This document shows, piece after piece, positions 14,479 to 24,662 of a DNA stretch of 64,000 nucleotides (position 1 is the first letter of the stretch; each line of letters begins with the position of its first letter). The DNA comes from Halodesulfurarchaeum sp. Its GTDB lineage: Archaea; Halobacteriota; Halobacteria; Halobacteriales; Halobacteriaceae. Location of the stretch: positions 864,001-928,000 of the forward strand of contig JAXHNL010000002.1 in NCBI GenBank assembly GCA_034520565.1. Direction: 5' to 3'. The position numbers and the translations under genes were made by a program. A model generated the notes under the pieces. That model saw only the letters and a program-made list of their open reading frames with translations. It ran no database searches and was not told the origin of the DNA.

Positions 14479-14579
14479 TAGTCGTGGAAGGTTTGCGCCG
14501 ATTCAAGACACTTTGGGTCTTGCTCGGTCCTGCCGTTGGTTGGGTACACAGGTGGGCGTGATCGACTTGCCCGGCAACT

Positions 14580-14727
14580 TCGCCCGCTACGCGGGCTCGT
14601 CCCACTCGTCCTCGAAAAACTGGTGGACGAGGTCCACCATTGTCCCCCTCGCTCCGCTCGCGGGACTCCCCTGGATTTCGAGGCCGCCCTCGCCCGCTAC
14701 GCGGGCTCGTCCCACTCGTCCTCGAAA
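14580..14727. repeat. 38-bp direct duplication of a gene 3' end enclosing a 72-bp two-hairpin element
   Basis: TCGCCCGCTACGCGGGCTCGTCCCACTCGTCCTCGAAA at 14580-14617 and 14690-14727; between them TGGTGGAC-gag-GTCCACCA and GTCCC-c-CTCGCTCCGCTCG-c-GGGAC. Confidence 0.92.
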
Positions 14728-15239
14728 TCCCGCACCGACCGGTATTCCTCGACGAACTCGCGCACGTCGAACTCGGCCCGGTGCTCGCTGAAGGCGTCGG
14801 TTGCCGAATCGTCCCCGGCCGCCGTCACCGCCTGGGCCATCACCTCGAGGACGGTCCGGACGACGATCTCGTGGAACTCGCGGGCGTCGAAGTCCGCGAT
14901 CCAGGCCGCCGCGTAACCGACGGAGCCGTCCTCGCTCGCGTCGTGGGCGACGACCTGCTCCGGATGGGCGTCCATCACGAGTCCCATGAGCGGGACCATG
15001 CCGAACTCCGCCATTTCCGTGCCCTCGGCCGCGAGGGTCTCCGCGAGGACCTCGGTCACCGATTCCGGCAGGAATCGAGAGGGCGGGTGGGGATCGAGCA
15101 CGACGGCGTGCTGTTTTCCACAATCACACCTGAACTCTCGGAGGCCCAGATCCAGGTCGTCGCTCACGATGGTCTCGCCACAGGACAACTCGATCGGCTG
15201 GCCGCTCGGTCCCGTCGGAACCCCGGGTTGGGCCGTCAT
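14697..15239 (-). CDS. Conserved haloarchaeal hypothetical protein (DUF5815-like)
   Basis: L.CGE..DLDLGLREF.CDCG..HAVV.D.HPPSRF.PE; ATG overlaps the upstream stop (ATGA). Confidence 0.8.
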   Translation of the reverse strand: MTAQPGVPTGPSGQPIELSCGETIVSDDLDLGLREFRCDCGKQHAVVLDPHPPSRFLPESVTEVLAETLAAEGTEMAEFGMVPLMGLVMDAHPEQVVAHDASEDGSVGYAAAWIADFDAREFHEIVVRTVLEVMAQAVTAAGDDSATDAFSEHRAEFDVREFVEEYRSVRDFEDEWDEPA

Positions 15240-15649
15240 GGCCAATCCTCCCGGTCCGGTTCGCCATCAGGCTTCCGCTGTTCGCCCACTGTCCAGCCCG
15301 CCGCGTCGGCGGCCTCCTCGACTGGCAGGTACTCCCAGCCCGCGGCCTCGGCCCGTTCGCGATCCCGTTCGGTCGTCCCGATCATGACGTAGCGGTCGGA
15401 TTCGAACTGTTCGCGAACGCTTTCGAGTGTGTCCTGGGCGCCCTTCGGCCCCGAAAAGAAGTCCTCGCGGATGCGTCGCTTCCGGGTGAAGTTCGTCAGC
15501 ACGTGTGTCGGTTCCTCGGCCGACACGACGCCTGCATACCGGGTCCATTGCCGGGCGTCCGCGAATGCGGTCCCCGGCTCGGCCAGGGCCTGCAGAGCCG
15601 AGAGGTCGAAGGCAAGCGTCATTTCCCCGCCCGCGTCCGGCGTGTCCAT
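15236..15649 (-). CDS. Conserved haloarchaeal hypothetical protein (HAD-like remnant fold)
   Basis: MTLAFDL.AL..LA.P..AF.DARQWT.Y.GVVS, DFFSGP, GWEYLPVEEAA.AAGW. Confidence 0.8.
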   Translation of the reverse strand: MDTPDAGGEMTLAFDLSALQALAEPGTAFADARQWTRYAGVVSAEEPTHVLTNFTRKRRIREDFFSGPKGAQDTLESVREQFESDRYVMIGTTERDRERAEAAGWEYLPVEEAADAAGWTVGEQRKPDGEPDREDWP

Positions 15650-15700
15650 GTACCGGTCTCGGGGAGAATCGCGCAAAACGGCTTCGGTCCGGAACGGTGA

Positions 15701-16957
15701 TTAGAGATCGACGTCGACGTCCAGATCGTCCAGATCGAAGGTCTCCTGCAGGAGGACGTCCTTCTGGTCGGCCACGTCGGCGCCGCTCAGGATGAGTTTC
15801 TTGTACTTGGACTGGGCGGAGAGATCGCCGATGAGGACGCCACCGATGAGCTGGCCGTCCTCGAAGGTGAGCCGCCGCCAGGAGGTCTCGTTGTACTTCC
15901 GCTCGGCCTCGTCGTCACCCTCGGTGGGGTAGCCAAAGGAGAGGAACGGGAAGTCGAAGTGGGTGATCGAGTAGGAGGAGACCCAGCGGAACTCCTCGGT
16001 CTCGACGTCAGCTCCCTGATCGGCCAGCATCGTCCGGGCGGCCAGGCTGCCCTGCTCCTTCGCCGACCCCCACGAGCCGTTCTGGGCTTCCCCGCCGATG
16101 ACCGGGTCGTAAAAGGTTACGATGTCGCCGGCCGCGTAGATGTCCTCGGCGTCGGTCCGCATGTACTCGTCCGTGTGGATGCCGCCGTTGGTCTCCACGC
16201 TCGTCCCCTGGAGGAGTTCGGTGTTAAAGTTGAGCCCGATGGCGGCCCCGACGAAGCGGCTCTCGTAGCGGTCGTCGTTGGCGTCGATCGTGGCCACGAC
16301 GTGGTCCTCGTCGTCGGTTTCGAATCGCTCGACGCCGGACTCGAGGACGAGTTCGACGCCTAGGTCTCGCATCGCCTCGTGCATGATCTCCGCGCCCTCG
16401 AGGCTCAGCGCGTAGCGCCACCAGCGGTTGCCACGCATGATGTACCACGCGTCATCGAGGTCGTGGGCGCCGGCGATTGCGGCCAGGTCGATGCCGAGCA
16501 GGCCGGCCCCGACGATCACGGCGGTGTCCGCTTTCTCCATCCCCTCGCGGATGTCCCGGGCGTCCTCGAACGTCCAGAAGTGGTGGATTCCGTCGGCGTG
16601 GCTCCCGGGGACCGGAAGCTGGGCGGGCGTTCCGCCCGTAGCGACCAGCAGCTTGTCGTAGCCGATCGTGTCGCCTTGGTGGGTATGGACCTCGTGGGCC
16701 TCCTCGTCCACGCTCGTGACGTAAGTGTTCAACTGGAGGTCGATGTCCCGATCCGCGTACCAGCTATCCTCGTGAATCGACACCGGCCCCTCGGGCATCT
16801 TGCCTTTCGCGTACTCCTTGATCAGGATCCGGTTGTAAAGCGCCTCGCCCTCGTCGGTGATGACGGTGACCTCGGCGTCATCGTCGTGTTTCCGGATTTC
16901 CTCGGCGGCGGTGCTCCCCGCGATTCCATCGCCAACAATCACGAACGATCCACTCAT
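15701..16957 (-). CDS. NAD(P)/FAD-dependent oxidoreductase (ferredoxin/rubredoxin reductase-like)
   Basis: IVGDGIAG, YDKLLVATG, IVGAGLLG, T..EDIYAAGD. Confidence 0.9.
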   Translation of the reverse strand: MSGSFVIVGDGIAGSTAAEEIRKHDDDAEVTVITDEGEALYNRILIKEYAKGKMPEGPVSIHEDSWYADRDIDLQLNTYVTSVDEEAHEVHTHQGDTIGYDKLLVATGGTPAQLPVPGSHADGIHHFWTFEDARDIREGMEKADTAVIVGAGLLGIDLAAIAGAHDLDDAWYIMRGNRWWRYALSLEGAEIMHEAMRDLGVELVLESGVERFETDDEDHVVATIDANDDRYESRFVGAAIGLNFNTELLQGTSVETNGGIHTDEYMRTDAEDIYAAGDIVTFYDPVIGGEAQNGSWGSAKEQGSLAARTMLADQGADVETEEFRWVSSYSITHFDFPFLSFGYPTEGDDEAERKYNETSWRRLTFEDGQLIGGVLIGDLSAQSKYKKLILSGADVADQKDVLLQETFDLDDLDVDVDL

Positions 16958-16993
16958 ACCTCGGCACTTCTCCGTCGCCCTTAATGTGGATTG

Positions 16994-17692
16994 CTATATC
17001 CGCCAGGGAGTGTCTCCTGTGACCGATTGTCGGGGGTCGGCGCCCCTGAGTATTTGGGTGGCGTCCCCCCACAGTGGCTCGCCGTGACCTGGCGCAAGCA
17101 GCGAGACGGGTGGCAGTCTCTCGGCCACCGTCTCGATGCTGTCCGCGAGTCTGTCCCCGTCCTCGTTGAAAAACCAGGGTGGCAGCGAGAGCGATTCCCC
17201 GTCGCTCATCGCGAGATCGCCGATGAAGGCAACCTCGTGTTTTTCACTCGCGTAGACGACGTGGCCCATCGTGTGCCCCGGCGAATGGATCGCGGTGAAA
17301 CTGCCGAATTTCTCGCCGTCTTCTATGGGCCTCACCGACGACGCGGGTGGTCGCGTGACGAACGCGCCGAGGTGCTGGGATCCTCGCTTGAGACTGTCAA
17401 ACCCAGGTCGACGGGTTCCCGCGACGAACGCGGCGTCCGGCTCGCCGGCGTGGATCTTTGGCCTCCCTGGAAGTGCGGAAAGCGCCCCGACGTGATCGAG
17501 ATCGTAATGGGTCAGGAGGACGCGTTTGACGGCGGCTGGATCGAACCCGGCCCGTTCGATCTCGGCACGTATCCGTCTCCCACTCCAGGGAAGCCCCGCG
17601 TCGAACAGCACGAGCACGTCATCCCGGACGAGATAGGCGTTCACGTACCCCAGTTCGAGCAGCCAGATGTCCTCGGAGAGCGCTCGTGGCAT
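16994..17692 (-). CDS. Metallo-beta-lactamase fold hydrolase
   Basis: DAG, LLTHYDLDHVG, SPGHTMGH, FIGD, PGHG. Confidence 0.9.
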   Translation of the reverse strand: MPRALSEDIWLLELGYVNAYLVRDDVLVLFDAGLPWSGRRIRAEIERAGFDPAAVKRVLLTHYDLDHVGALSALPGRPKIHAGEPDAAFVAGTRRPGFDSLKRGSQHLGAFVTRPPASSVRPIEDGEKFGSFTAIHSPGHTMGHVVYASEKHEVAFIGDLAMSDGESLSLPPWFFNEDGDRLADSIETVAERLPPVSLLAPGHGEPLWGDATQILRGADPRQSVTGDTPWRI

Positions 17693-17724
17693 TCCAGCTT
17701 GAAAGCAAACCCCAGCGATAGGTT

Positions 17725-17964
17725 TCAGGTCCCGCCGTAGACGATTTCGGCGATCACCCGTCGTTCGCCTTCGTCGTCATCGTTCTCGTACTTGTAGCGA
17801 ACGTCCGATTCCTCGTCGGCGGTTGCAGCGTGGGAACCGTCACAGAAGGGGTACTCCGCGGAGAGCCCGCACATGCAGATGGCGACGTCGCCTTTCGTCT
17901 CGTCGATGTCGCTCTCGTCGATGCGTAAGGGGCCGCGCGCGTCGTGAGTGATCTCCCGGGGCAT
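17725..17964 (-). CDS. CDGSH iron-sulfur domain protein
   Basis: CMCGLSAEYPFCDGSH motif. Confidence 0.92.
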   Translation of the reverse strand: MPREITHDARGPLRIDESDIDETKGDVAICMCGLSAEYPFCDGSHAATADEESDVRYKYENDDDEGERRVIAEIVYGGT

Positions 17965-18021
17965 AGGTCGATTTTTGTCGGCCGGCTACTTATATTGGGT
18001 CGCTACTGTCGGTTTTCCGTG

Positions 18022-19329
18022 CTACCGCCCGAGGATCAGGTCGGCGACTTCGTACCCCGCAACGATTCCGCCGTCGAGACTCCGCTCTGGATACTGCGCC
18101 CGCGAGGCCATGCCGGCGTAGTAGACCCCCTCCCCGACCGCATCGCCCAGATCGGACGGAACGACTTTTTCGAGGTACCCTCGCTCGTAGACCGGCGCGG
18201 TTCGCGGGTTGCGGGCCGTCTCGATCCAGTTCACCGACTCGCGATCGAAATCGGGGAAGAGGAACTCGATCCCCTCGAGCCACTGCTCCTCGATCTCCGA
18301 GTCCTCGGCTTCGAAGAGCGGGTCGAATGCGGACTGGACGTACTTCGGCACGTAAAGCAGGTGCTCGCCACCGTATCGGTCCGGATCGACGAAGTTCGTA
18401 TGCTCGATGAGCGCGCCAAAGGGCGCCTCGTCGCCGATGTTCAGCCAGTAGGTGTCCGTCAGCGGTTCGTCCATCGAGAGCACCGAGCAGACCGTGCCCT
18501 GGAAGTCGATCTCGCAGGTGTAGCCGGTCAGGGCTTCGAGCACGTCGGGCATCGTCGCGACGACGACGTCCTCGACCGGTCGCGTCCCGGACTCCTCGCC
18601 ATCGACAGTCACCGATTCGACGCCCGCGTCCCCCACCGTGACGTCGGTCACGCGAGTGCCGGTGACGATTCGCTCCTCGCCGATCTCCTCGACCAGCGCC
18701 TCCACGAGCCGACCGAAACCCCCTTCGAGGTAGCCGAGTGGCTCCCCGCGGAGCAGGTCTCGTTCGCCGCGGAACCGGACCCGTCCGAGGAGCCAGGCGG
18801 CACTCACGTCGTCCTTGCGCGAGCCGAACTTCGCTTCGAGGAGTGGCAGGAAGAAGTTCTCGTAGACGCCGTCGGTCGTATGCTCTCGGACGAACGCCTC
18901 GAGGGGAACGTCCTCGTAGGCGTCGAGTTCCTCGTAGGCGTCGAAGTCCGGAATCCCGCCCCGGACGTCGACCCCGAGCACGAGCATACCCAGTCGAAAC
19001 GTGTCGTAGAGGCTCAAGTACGGGTACGCCGCGATCTCCCAGGGCGTATCGAGCGGATAGACGGTCCCCTCCATGTAGTAGGCGTTCTTGCCGATCGGCC
19101 AGTCCAGATCCGCCCCGAGCCCGAGTTCCTCGATCAACTCGACGATCGTCTCCTCGGACTTCGAGAGGTGGTGGTAGTACTGCTCGATCGGATCGCCGCT
19201 CGTCTCGTAGGTCCCCGCCAGCCCGCCGATCTGGTTGGCCGCCTCGTAGATCCGCACGTGGCGGCCCGCACGCGTGAGTCGATACCCGGCGGCGAGTCCG
19301 GCGATGCCGCCGCCGACGATGGCGATCAT
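18022..19329 (-). CDS. FAD-dependent oxidoreductase (amine oxidase/HemY-like family)
   Basis: MIAIVGGGIAGL Rossmann motif, E...IGGL, YYHH, YPERSLDG; true ATG at 19329, upstream part of the ORF-track entry is antisense to the CBS gene. Confidence 0.88.
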   Translation of the reverse strand: MIAIVGGGIAGLAAGYRLTRAGRHVRIYEAANQIGGLAGTYETSGDPIEQYYHHLSKSEETIVELIEELGLGADLDWPIGKNAYYMEGTVYPLDTPWEIAAYPYLSLYDTFRLGMLVLGVDVRGGIPDFDAYEELDAYEDVPLEAFVREHTTDGVYENFFLPLLEAKFGSRKDDVSAAWLLGRVRFRGERDLLRGEPLGYLEGGFGRLVEALVEEIGEERIVTGTRVTDVTVGDAGVESVTVDGEESGTRPVEDVVVATMPDVLEALTGYTCEIDFQGTVCSVLSMDEPLTDTYWLNIGDEAPFGALIEHTNFVDPDRYGGEHLLYVPKYVQSAFDPLFEAEDSEIEEQWLEGIEFLFPDFDRESVNWIETARNPRTAPVYERGYLEKVVPSDLGDAVGEGVYYAGMASRAQYPERSLDGGIVAGYEVADLILGR

Positions 19330-19422
19330 ATCTTCGTGTCCGCGAGCCGGGTGGAATAGGATTGTGGTCCGTCTGCCGGGGAATCTTAAAACCTTTCCCC
19401 GTCCAACTGCTCCGTACGCACA

Positions 19423-20562
19423 ATGGATATCGCCGATATTGCGACGACGGATTACATCGAGGTTCCCGTCGACCGACGACTCGGAAAGGTTCGTTCGCTC
19501 TTCGATACGGAACACCCCAAGGGAATTATCGTCACCGAAGACGGCGCGTACCGCGGGGTCATCACCGAGCGGGCCTTGCTCCAGTCTCACGTCGAGGACG
19601 ACGCGAAGGCAGAAGCGTTGGCGGATCACGCCCCGAAGGTGTCCCGGACCGAGGACATCCGCGACACCGCTCGGATGCTCGTGGAGGGCAACACCAAGGT
19701 CGCGCCGGTGTTCGAGGACGACTCGCTCTGGGGGATCATCACGGAGGATCTGATCCTCGAGGCGGTTCTCGACAACCTCGACGCGCTCGACGTGGCCGAC
19801 ATTTACACGACGGATCCCGTCACCATCTCTCAGGACGCGACCGTCGGGCGCGTCATCAATCAGCTCCGCGAGAACGGCGTCTCTCGACTTCCGGTCCTCG
19901 ACGACGGGGCGCTTTCCGGTGTCGTGACCGTCCACGACGTCGTCAACGTCGTGGTCCGGGACATGTCCAAGGCCACCGTGGGCGACCGCCGTGGCGAGGT
20001 CGAGCGAGTGCTCGACCTGCCGGTCTACGATATGATGTCGAGCCCGGTCGAGACTGTCACCCCGGGGGTCAGCGTGGAGGACGCCGTCCGCCGGATGCTC
20101 GAGGGCGACTTCGGCGGGCTCGTCGTCGTCGATCCCCAGGACGACAGCCGCGTCGACGGGGTCCTTACGAAGACCGACGTCCTGCGGGCGCTCACCTACA
20201 CCGAGGAGACCCAGATGGACGTTCAGATCACCAACATCGCCCTCCTTGACACCATCTCCCGGGCGGAGATCCGCGAGCAGATCACCGGCATCAGCGACAA
20301 GTACAGCGACATGCAGGTCCAGCACGCCCACGTGCGCTTCCACCAGCACAAGGAGAAACTCCGCGGGACGCCGCTCGTGCAGGCCCAGATCCGGCTCCGG
20401 ACCAACCGCGGGCAGGTCGCCGGGACTGGCGAAGGCTACGGCGCGGACAACGCCTTCTACGTGGCGATCGACAAACTCGAGCGGAACGTTCTCGAACTGA
20501 AGGACATTCGCGCGGACGAGGAGTACGAGGGCCAGCTGCTCCGCAAGCTCAACGAGCTGTAG
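19423..20562 (+). CDS. Four-CBS-domain protein with C-terminal HPF/RaiA-like domain (candidate ribosome hibernation factor)
   Basis: Four CBS repeats (GVITERALL, GIITEDLIL, GVVTVHDVV, GVLTKTDVL), then MDVQIT...AHVRF...AQIRL...G.G..A.NAFYVAIDKLERNV. Confidence 0.85.
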   Translation: MDIADIATTDYIEVPVDRRLGKVRSLFDTEHPKGIIVTEDGAYRGVITERALLQSHVEDDAKAEALADHAPKVSRTEDIRDTARMLVEGNTKVAPVFEDDSLWGIITEDLILEAVLDNLDALDVADIYTTDPVTISQDATVGRVINQLRENGVSRLPVLDDGALSGVVTVHDVVNVVVRDMSKATVGDRRGEVERVLDLPVYDMMSSPVETVTPGVSVEDAVRRMLEGDFGGLVVVDPQDDSRVDGVLTKTDVLRALTYTEETQMDVQITNIALLDTISRAEIREQITGISDKYSDMQVQHAHVRFHQHKEKLRGTPLVQAQIRLRTNRGQVAGTGEGYGADNAFYVAIDKLERNVLELKDIRADEEYEGQLLRKLNEL

Positions 20563-20616
20563 CAACGCGTCTTCTCACGGTTGTCGCGACTCGATTCCCT
20601 CCAACCCGCCGACTGC

Positions 20617-21312
20617 TCACCGACCCGACCCGGATTCGATCCCCTGGCCGGTGATCCTGAACTCGACGCTCTCGCCCTCCGCTTTCGCCCGGTGTTTCTC
20701 AAGGACCGCCTTCCGGTTTCCGCCGCGGTACCGGTCGAGGCGAACGATCGTTCCGGTCCAGTGAGAGAGCGTGTGCCCCCCGAGCGGGCGTGGACGGCCG
20801 TCTTCCCGGTCCGGGTCGCTGAAGACCTGGTTCGTGAGAACCACCGCGAGATCGTGTTTCCGGGCCAGTCCGAGGAGGTGGGTGACCTGGTCGGCCACGG
20901 CTCGCAGCGCGTCACCTACTTCGACGTCCGCCGCCCGCTCCACGCGATAGAACCCCGTCGCGCTGTCGAGGACGATCAGGTCGAGCTGGTCGCCGAACTC
21001 CGCGGCGTCCCTGACCGCCTCGGCCTGTTCGTCGAAGTCGATGGCCTCGCTGACGATCACGTCACGGGCGACGCGGTCCGGGTCCTCGGTCTGCCCGGCA
21101 AGCACCTGCTCGAACCGGTCGATCGAGAGCCCCTCGGTGTCGATGTAGAGGGCCTGCCCTCCACTGGCGGCGACGGCCACGGCGCTGCTCAGCGCGACGT
21201 TCGTCTTGCCCGCTCCCGGCGGGCCATAGAACTGCGTCGCGGTTCCCCGCTCGAGGCCGCCGCCGAGGAGGTCATCGAGCCCCGCACAGCCAGTGGGCAC
21301 GTCGGCTGTCAC
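20617..21312 (-). CDS. radB: DNA repair and recombination protein RadB
   Basis: TGCAGLDDLLGGG, YGPPGAGKT, YIDTEG, VLDS, TNQV, C-terminal LEKHR; GTG start inferred. Confidence 0.93.
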   Translation of the reverse strand: MTADVPTGCAGLDDLLGGGLERGTATQFYGPPGAGKTNVALSSAVAVAASGGQALYIDTEGLSIDRFEQVLAGQTEDPDRVARDVIVSEAIDFDEQAEAVRDAAEFGDQLDLIVLDSATGFYRVERAADVEVGDALRAVADQVTHLLGLARKHDLAVVLTNQVFSDPDREDGRPRPLGGHTLSHWTGTIVRLDRYRGGNRKAVLEKHRAKAEGESVEFRITGQGIESGSGR

Positions 21313-21420
21313 ACTGCCTTCTTCTCCGTGATCCCCTGAAAACCCCCCGGTCTCCCGCCGGAACCGGCGCAACGTTCTTCCGTGGTGGCATCACACCCTA
21401 ACACAACCCATCTGCCGACC

Positions 21421-23649
21421 ATGAACGAAGTCCAACTCGAGGTGGCAAAGGCCTACCCGAACGATTCGGGCCGGGGCATCGCCCGCCTCGACCCCGATAC
21501 GCTGTTGCACCTGAAACTCAGCCCCGGCGACATCATCGAGATCGAGGGAGCGGAGTGGACCGCGGCGAAGGTCTGGCGGGCCGACCGCCAGGACTGGAAC
21601 AGCGACACCGTCCGCATCGACGGGTTCACCCGCCAGAACGCAGACGTCGGCATCGGCGAGCGGGTGACGATCCGGAAGGCCGACACCCAACCCGCCGAGC
21701 GGCTGGTGCTGGCCCCGCCCGAAGACGCCAGCGTGCAGTTCGGCTCCGATGCAGCCGGCATGGTCAAACGCCAGATCCTCAAGCGGCCCGTGGTCGCCCG
21801 CGACATCGTCCCCGTGATGTCGAGCACGAATCACCCCTTCATGCGCTCCCCGGGGCAGGCGATTCCGCTGATCGCCGTCGAGACCGAGCCAGAAGGCACC
21901 GTTCTCGTCGACGAGGACACCGAGGTGGAGTTGCGCGAGGAGCCGATCGCCGGCTTCGAACGTACCGGCGGCGGCATTACCTACGAGGACATCGGCGGCC
22001 TCGAAAACGAGATTCAGCGGGTCCGGGAGATGGTCGAACTCCCGATGAAACACCCGCAGGTGTTCAAGAAACTCGGGATCGAACCGCCACAGGGCGTCCT
22101 CCTCCACGGCCCGCCGGGAACGGGCAAAACCCTGCTCGCGAAGGCCGTGGCCAACGAGACGGCGGCGAGTTTCTTCTCCATCGCCGGTCCGGAGATCATC
22201 TCGAAGTACTACGGGGAAAGCGAACAGCAACTCCGGGAGATCTTCGAGGACGCGAAAGACGAGTCCCCGGCGATCGTCTTCATCGACGAACTCGACTCCA
22301 TCGCACCCAAGCGCGAGGACGTGACCGGCGAGGTCGAGCGCCGGGTCGTCGCCCAACTGCTGACGATGATGGACGGCCTCGAGGGACGGGGCGAGGTCAT
22401 CGTGATCGCGGCGACGAACCGCGTTGACGCCGTCGATCCGGCACTCAGGAGACCGGGCCGCTTCGACCGCGAGATCGAGATCGGGGTGCCCGACGAGACC
22501 GGGCGGGAGGAGATCCTCCGCATCCACACGCGGGGGATGCCCCTCGCCGACGAGCGTGAGCCTCGCCGAGCTTGCCGATGACACCCACGGCTTCGTCGGC
22601 GCGGACATCGAATCACTCTCGAAGGAGGCCGCGATGCGGGCGCTTCGGCGGTACCTCCCGGAGATCGACCTCGACGAGCAGGACGTCCCGCCCTCGCTCA
22701 TCGACCGGATGATCGTCACGCCGGGTGACTTCGAGGGCGCGCTCAACGAGGTCGAACCGAGCGCGATGCGGGAGGTGCTCGTCGAACTGCCGAAGGTCTC
22801 CTGGGACGACGTCGGGGGCCTCGAGAACGTCAAGAGCCAGATCAAAGAGAGCGTCGAGTGGCCGCTTTCCGACGCCGAAGGCTTCGATCGGCTCGGCGTC
22901 AATCCGCCAGCAGGGGTCCTCCTCTACGGCCCGCCGGGACTGGAAAGACGCTGATGGCAAAGGCGGTCGCCAACGAGACCGACGCCAACTTCATCAGCGT
23001 TCGGGGCCCCCAACTCCTCTCGAAGTGGGTCGGGGAAAGCGAGAAGGCGATCCGACAGACCTTCCGGAAGGCCCGGCAGGTCAGCCCGACGGTCGTCTTC
23101 TTCGACGAACTCGACAGCCTCGCTCCGGGCCGGGGGCAGGACGCCGGAAACAACGTCTCCGAGCGGGTGGTCAACCAGCTGTTGACCGAACTCGACGGGC
23201 TCGAACAGATGGAGGGGGTGATGGTGATCGCGGCGACGAACCGTCCGGACATCATCGACCCCGCCCTCATCCGGTCGGGGCGGTTCGACCGGCTCGTGAT
23301 GGTCGGCCAGCCGGACGAGGCCGGCCGGGAAGAGATCCTCCAAATCCACACCGCCGACACGCCACTGTCCCCGGACGTGAGTCTCCGGGAGATAGCCGAG
23401 CGCACCGACGGCTACGTCGGCTCGGACCTGGCGACGGTCGCCCGCGAGGCCGCAATCGAGGCCCTTCGTGACGACCACGAGGCAGAAACCGTCGAGATGT
23501 CACATTTCCGCGCCGCGCTCGAGGACGTCCGACCCACCGTGACCGAGGAACTCCTCGAGTACTACGACCAGGTCGAGGAGGATCTCGCCGGCGGGACCGG
23601 CCCGGCAGTCGCGAGCCGGGACCACGAACGCCACCTCGGCTTCCAGTGA
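21421..23649 (+). CDS. cdc48: Cdc48/VAT AAA+ ATPase (two apparent frameshifts at ~22555 and ~22935)
   Basis: N-domain [15 protein letters not shown]; D1 [14 protein letters not shown]; D2 FFDELD; single-base indels restore one ORF. Confidence 0.93.
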
Positions 23650-23722
23650 TCTCGGCAGGCAGTCTTCGGGTTTTGAGCTATTGGTTGAGAAGAGGGAGAA
23701 AAAATCGACCGATTCGGCGCGG

Positions 23723-24112
23723 TCACTCCTCGTCGGGTTCCCAGTCGACCGCGATGGCGTTGACCTGGCCGGTCTGACCTGGGCGGGAGGTCACGCGGGC
23801 ATAGCCGAGTTCGGTCTCGATGATAGCGCCCTTGGTGATGATGTTCCGTCGGGCGTAGTTCGGGTTCGCGGGGTTGTCGACGACGTTCTCGATGTCGACC
23901 CGTTCGGTCTCGCCGTCCGTCGTGACGTTCGCGACGTCGGTCGCGAGCGCCCGGATCTTCGACGTATTGCCACGGGCGTCGACCGTCCGAAAGGACGGTT
24001 CGTCGAACTGCGTTTCGGTGGGGTTCCGACCCAGCTGGTGTTTCTTCTTCGTGCCGTGGGGGTGAATGCGGCCACCGGTCTTGGTTCGCGTGGAGCGGCC
24101 CTGGTCTTGCAT
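23723..24112 (-). CDS. rps8e: 30S ribosomal protein S8e (eS8)
   Basis: QGRS.R.KTGGR, NPANPNYARRNIITKGAII, VTSRPGQTGQVNA. Confidence 0.97.
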   Translation of the reverse strand: MQDQGRSTRTKTGGRIHPHGTKKKHQLGRNPTETQFDEPSFRTVDARGNTSKIRALATDVANVTTDGETERVDIENVVDNPANPNYARRNIITKGAIIETELGYARVTSRPGQTGQVNAIAVDWEPDEE

Positions 24113-24215
24113 ACCCCTAGGGAGCCCCAGCGCGCACTAAAACCCCTCGTTTCGTGCACTGCTCCATCTCCGGTCGATGACAACCGTTTAGGGTCGGGCG
24201 GTCGTTCGTCCGTCG

Positions 24216-24662
24216 ATGAGTCTCCGCGTCGCCGTGGCCGCACCCTTCAAACGATCCGGGCGGGACCGTCTCGCCGAGCAGGCATTCGTGGTCGACCTGG
24301 CCGTGGATCGCAACTGGGTCTCGCCCGACCAGGCAAAGCGCCTGGTCGAGTTGGGGACCAGCCGCGGCCTCCTCGAGGCCGAGGCAGACGACCTCGTCGC
24401 GACCTTCGACGTGACCGAGGTGACGATTCCGGACGGGTTCACCCCCGAGGAAACGCTCTTTCAGCGCCGCTCGCCGGTCGAAGTCGTGATCGACGCGCTC
24501 GTCGATGCCGGGACTGACCGTCGCGAGGCGGTCGCCTCGATCAACGCGCTCCAGCAGGACCTCTCGATCACCGCCGGAACGGCTGCGGTCCTGCGGGCCC
24601 GAGGGGCCGGCCTCGACGTTCCCGAGGCCGAGGCTGACGTGAAACGGGAGGTTGGATTCTGA
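24216..24662 (+). CDS. DUF2240-family protein
   Basis: MSLRVAVAAPF...FVVDL..DRNW.SPDQAKRLV..G...GLL. Confidence 0.85.
   Translation: MSLRVAVAAPFKRSGRDRLAEQAFVVDLAVDRNWVSPDQAKRLVELGTSRGLLEAEADDLVATFDVTEVTIPDGFTPEETLFQRRSPVEVVIDALVDAGTDRREAVASINALQQDLSITAGTAAVLRARGAGLDVPEAEADVKREVGF

Noticed and set aside
14580-14727. Mini CRISPR array
   Set aside because: Only two repeats, the repeat is coding sequence of the adjacent gene, the insert is 72 bp and structured, and there are no cas genes in the window.
18022-20565. 847-aa minus-strand ORF as a fusion protein, and similar long ORF-track entries (e.g. 47507-49144, 31763-33211, 32685-34106)
   Set aside because: The extensions are antisense shadows or read-through expected in GC-rich, codon-biased DNA; the recognisable proteins start at internal ATGs.
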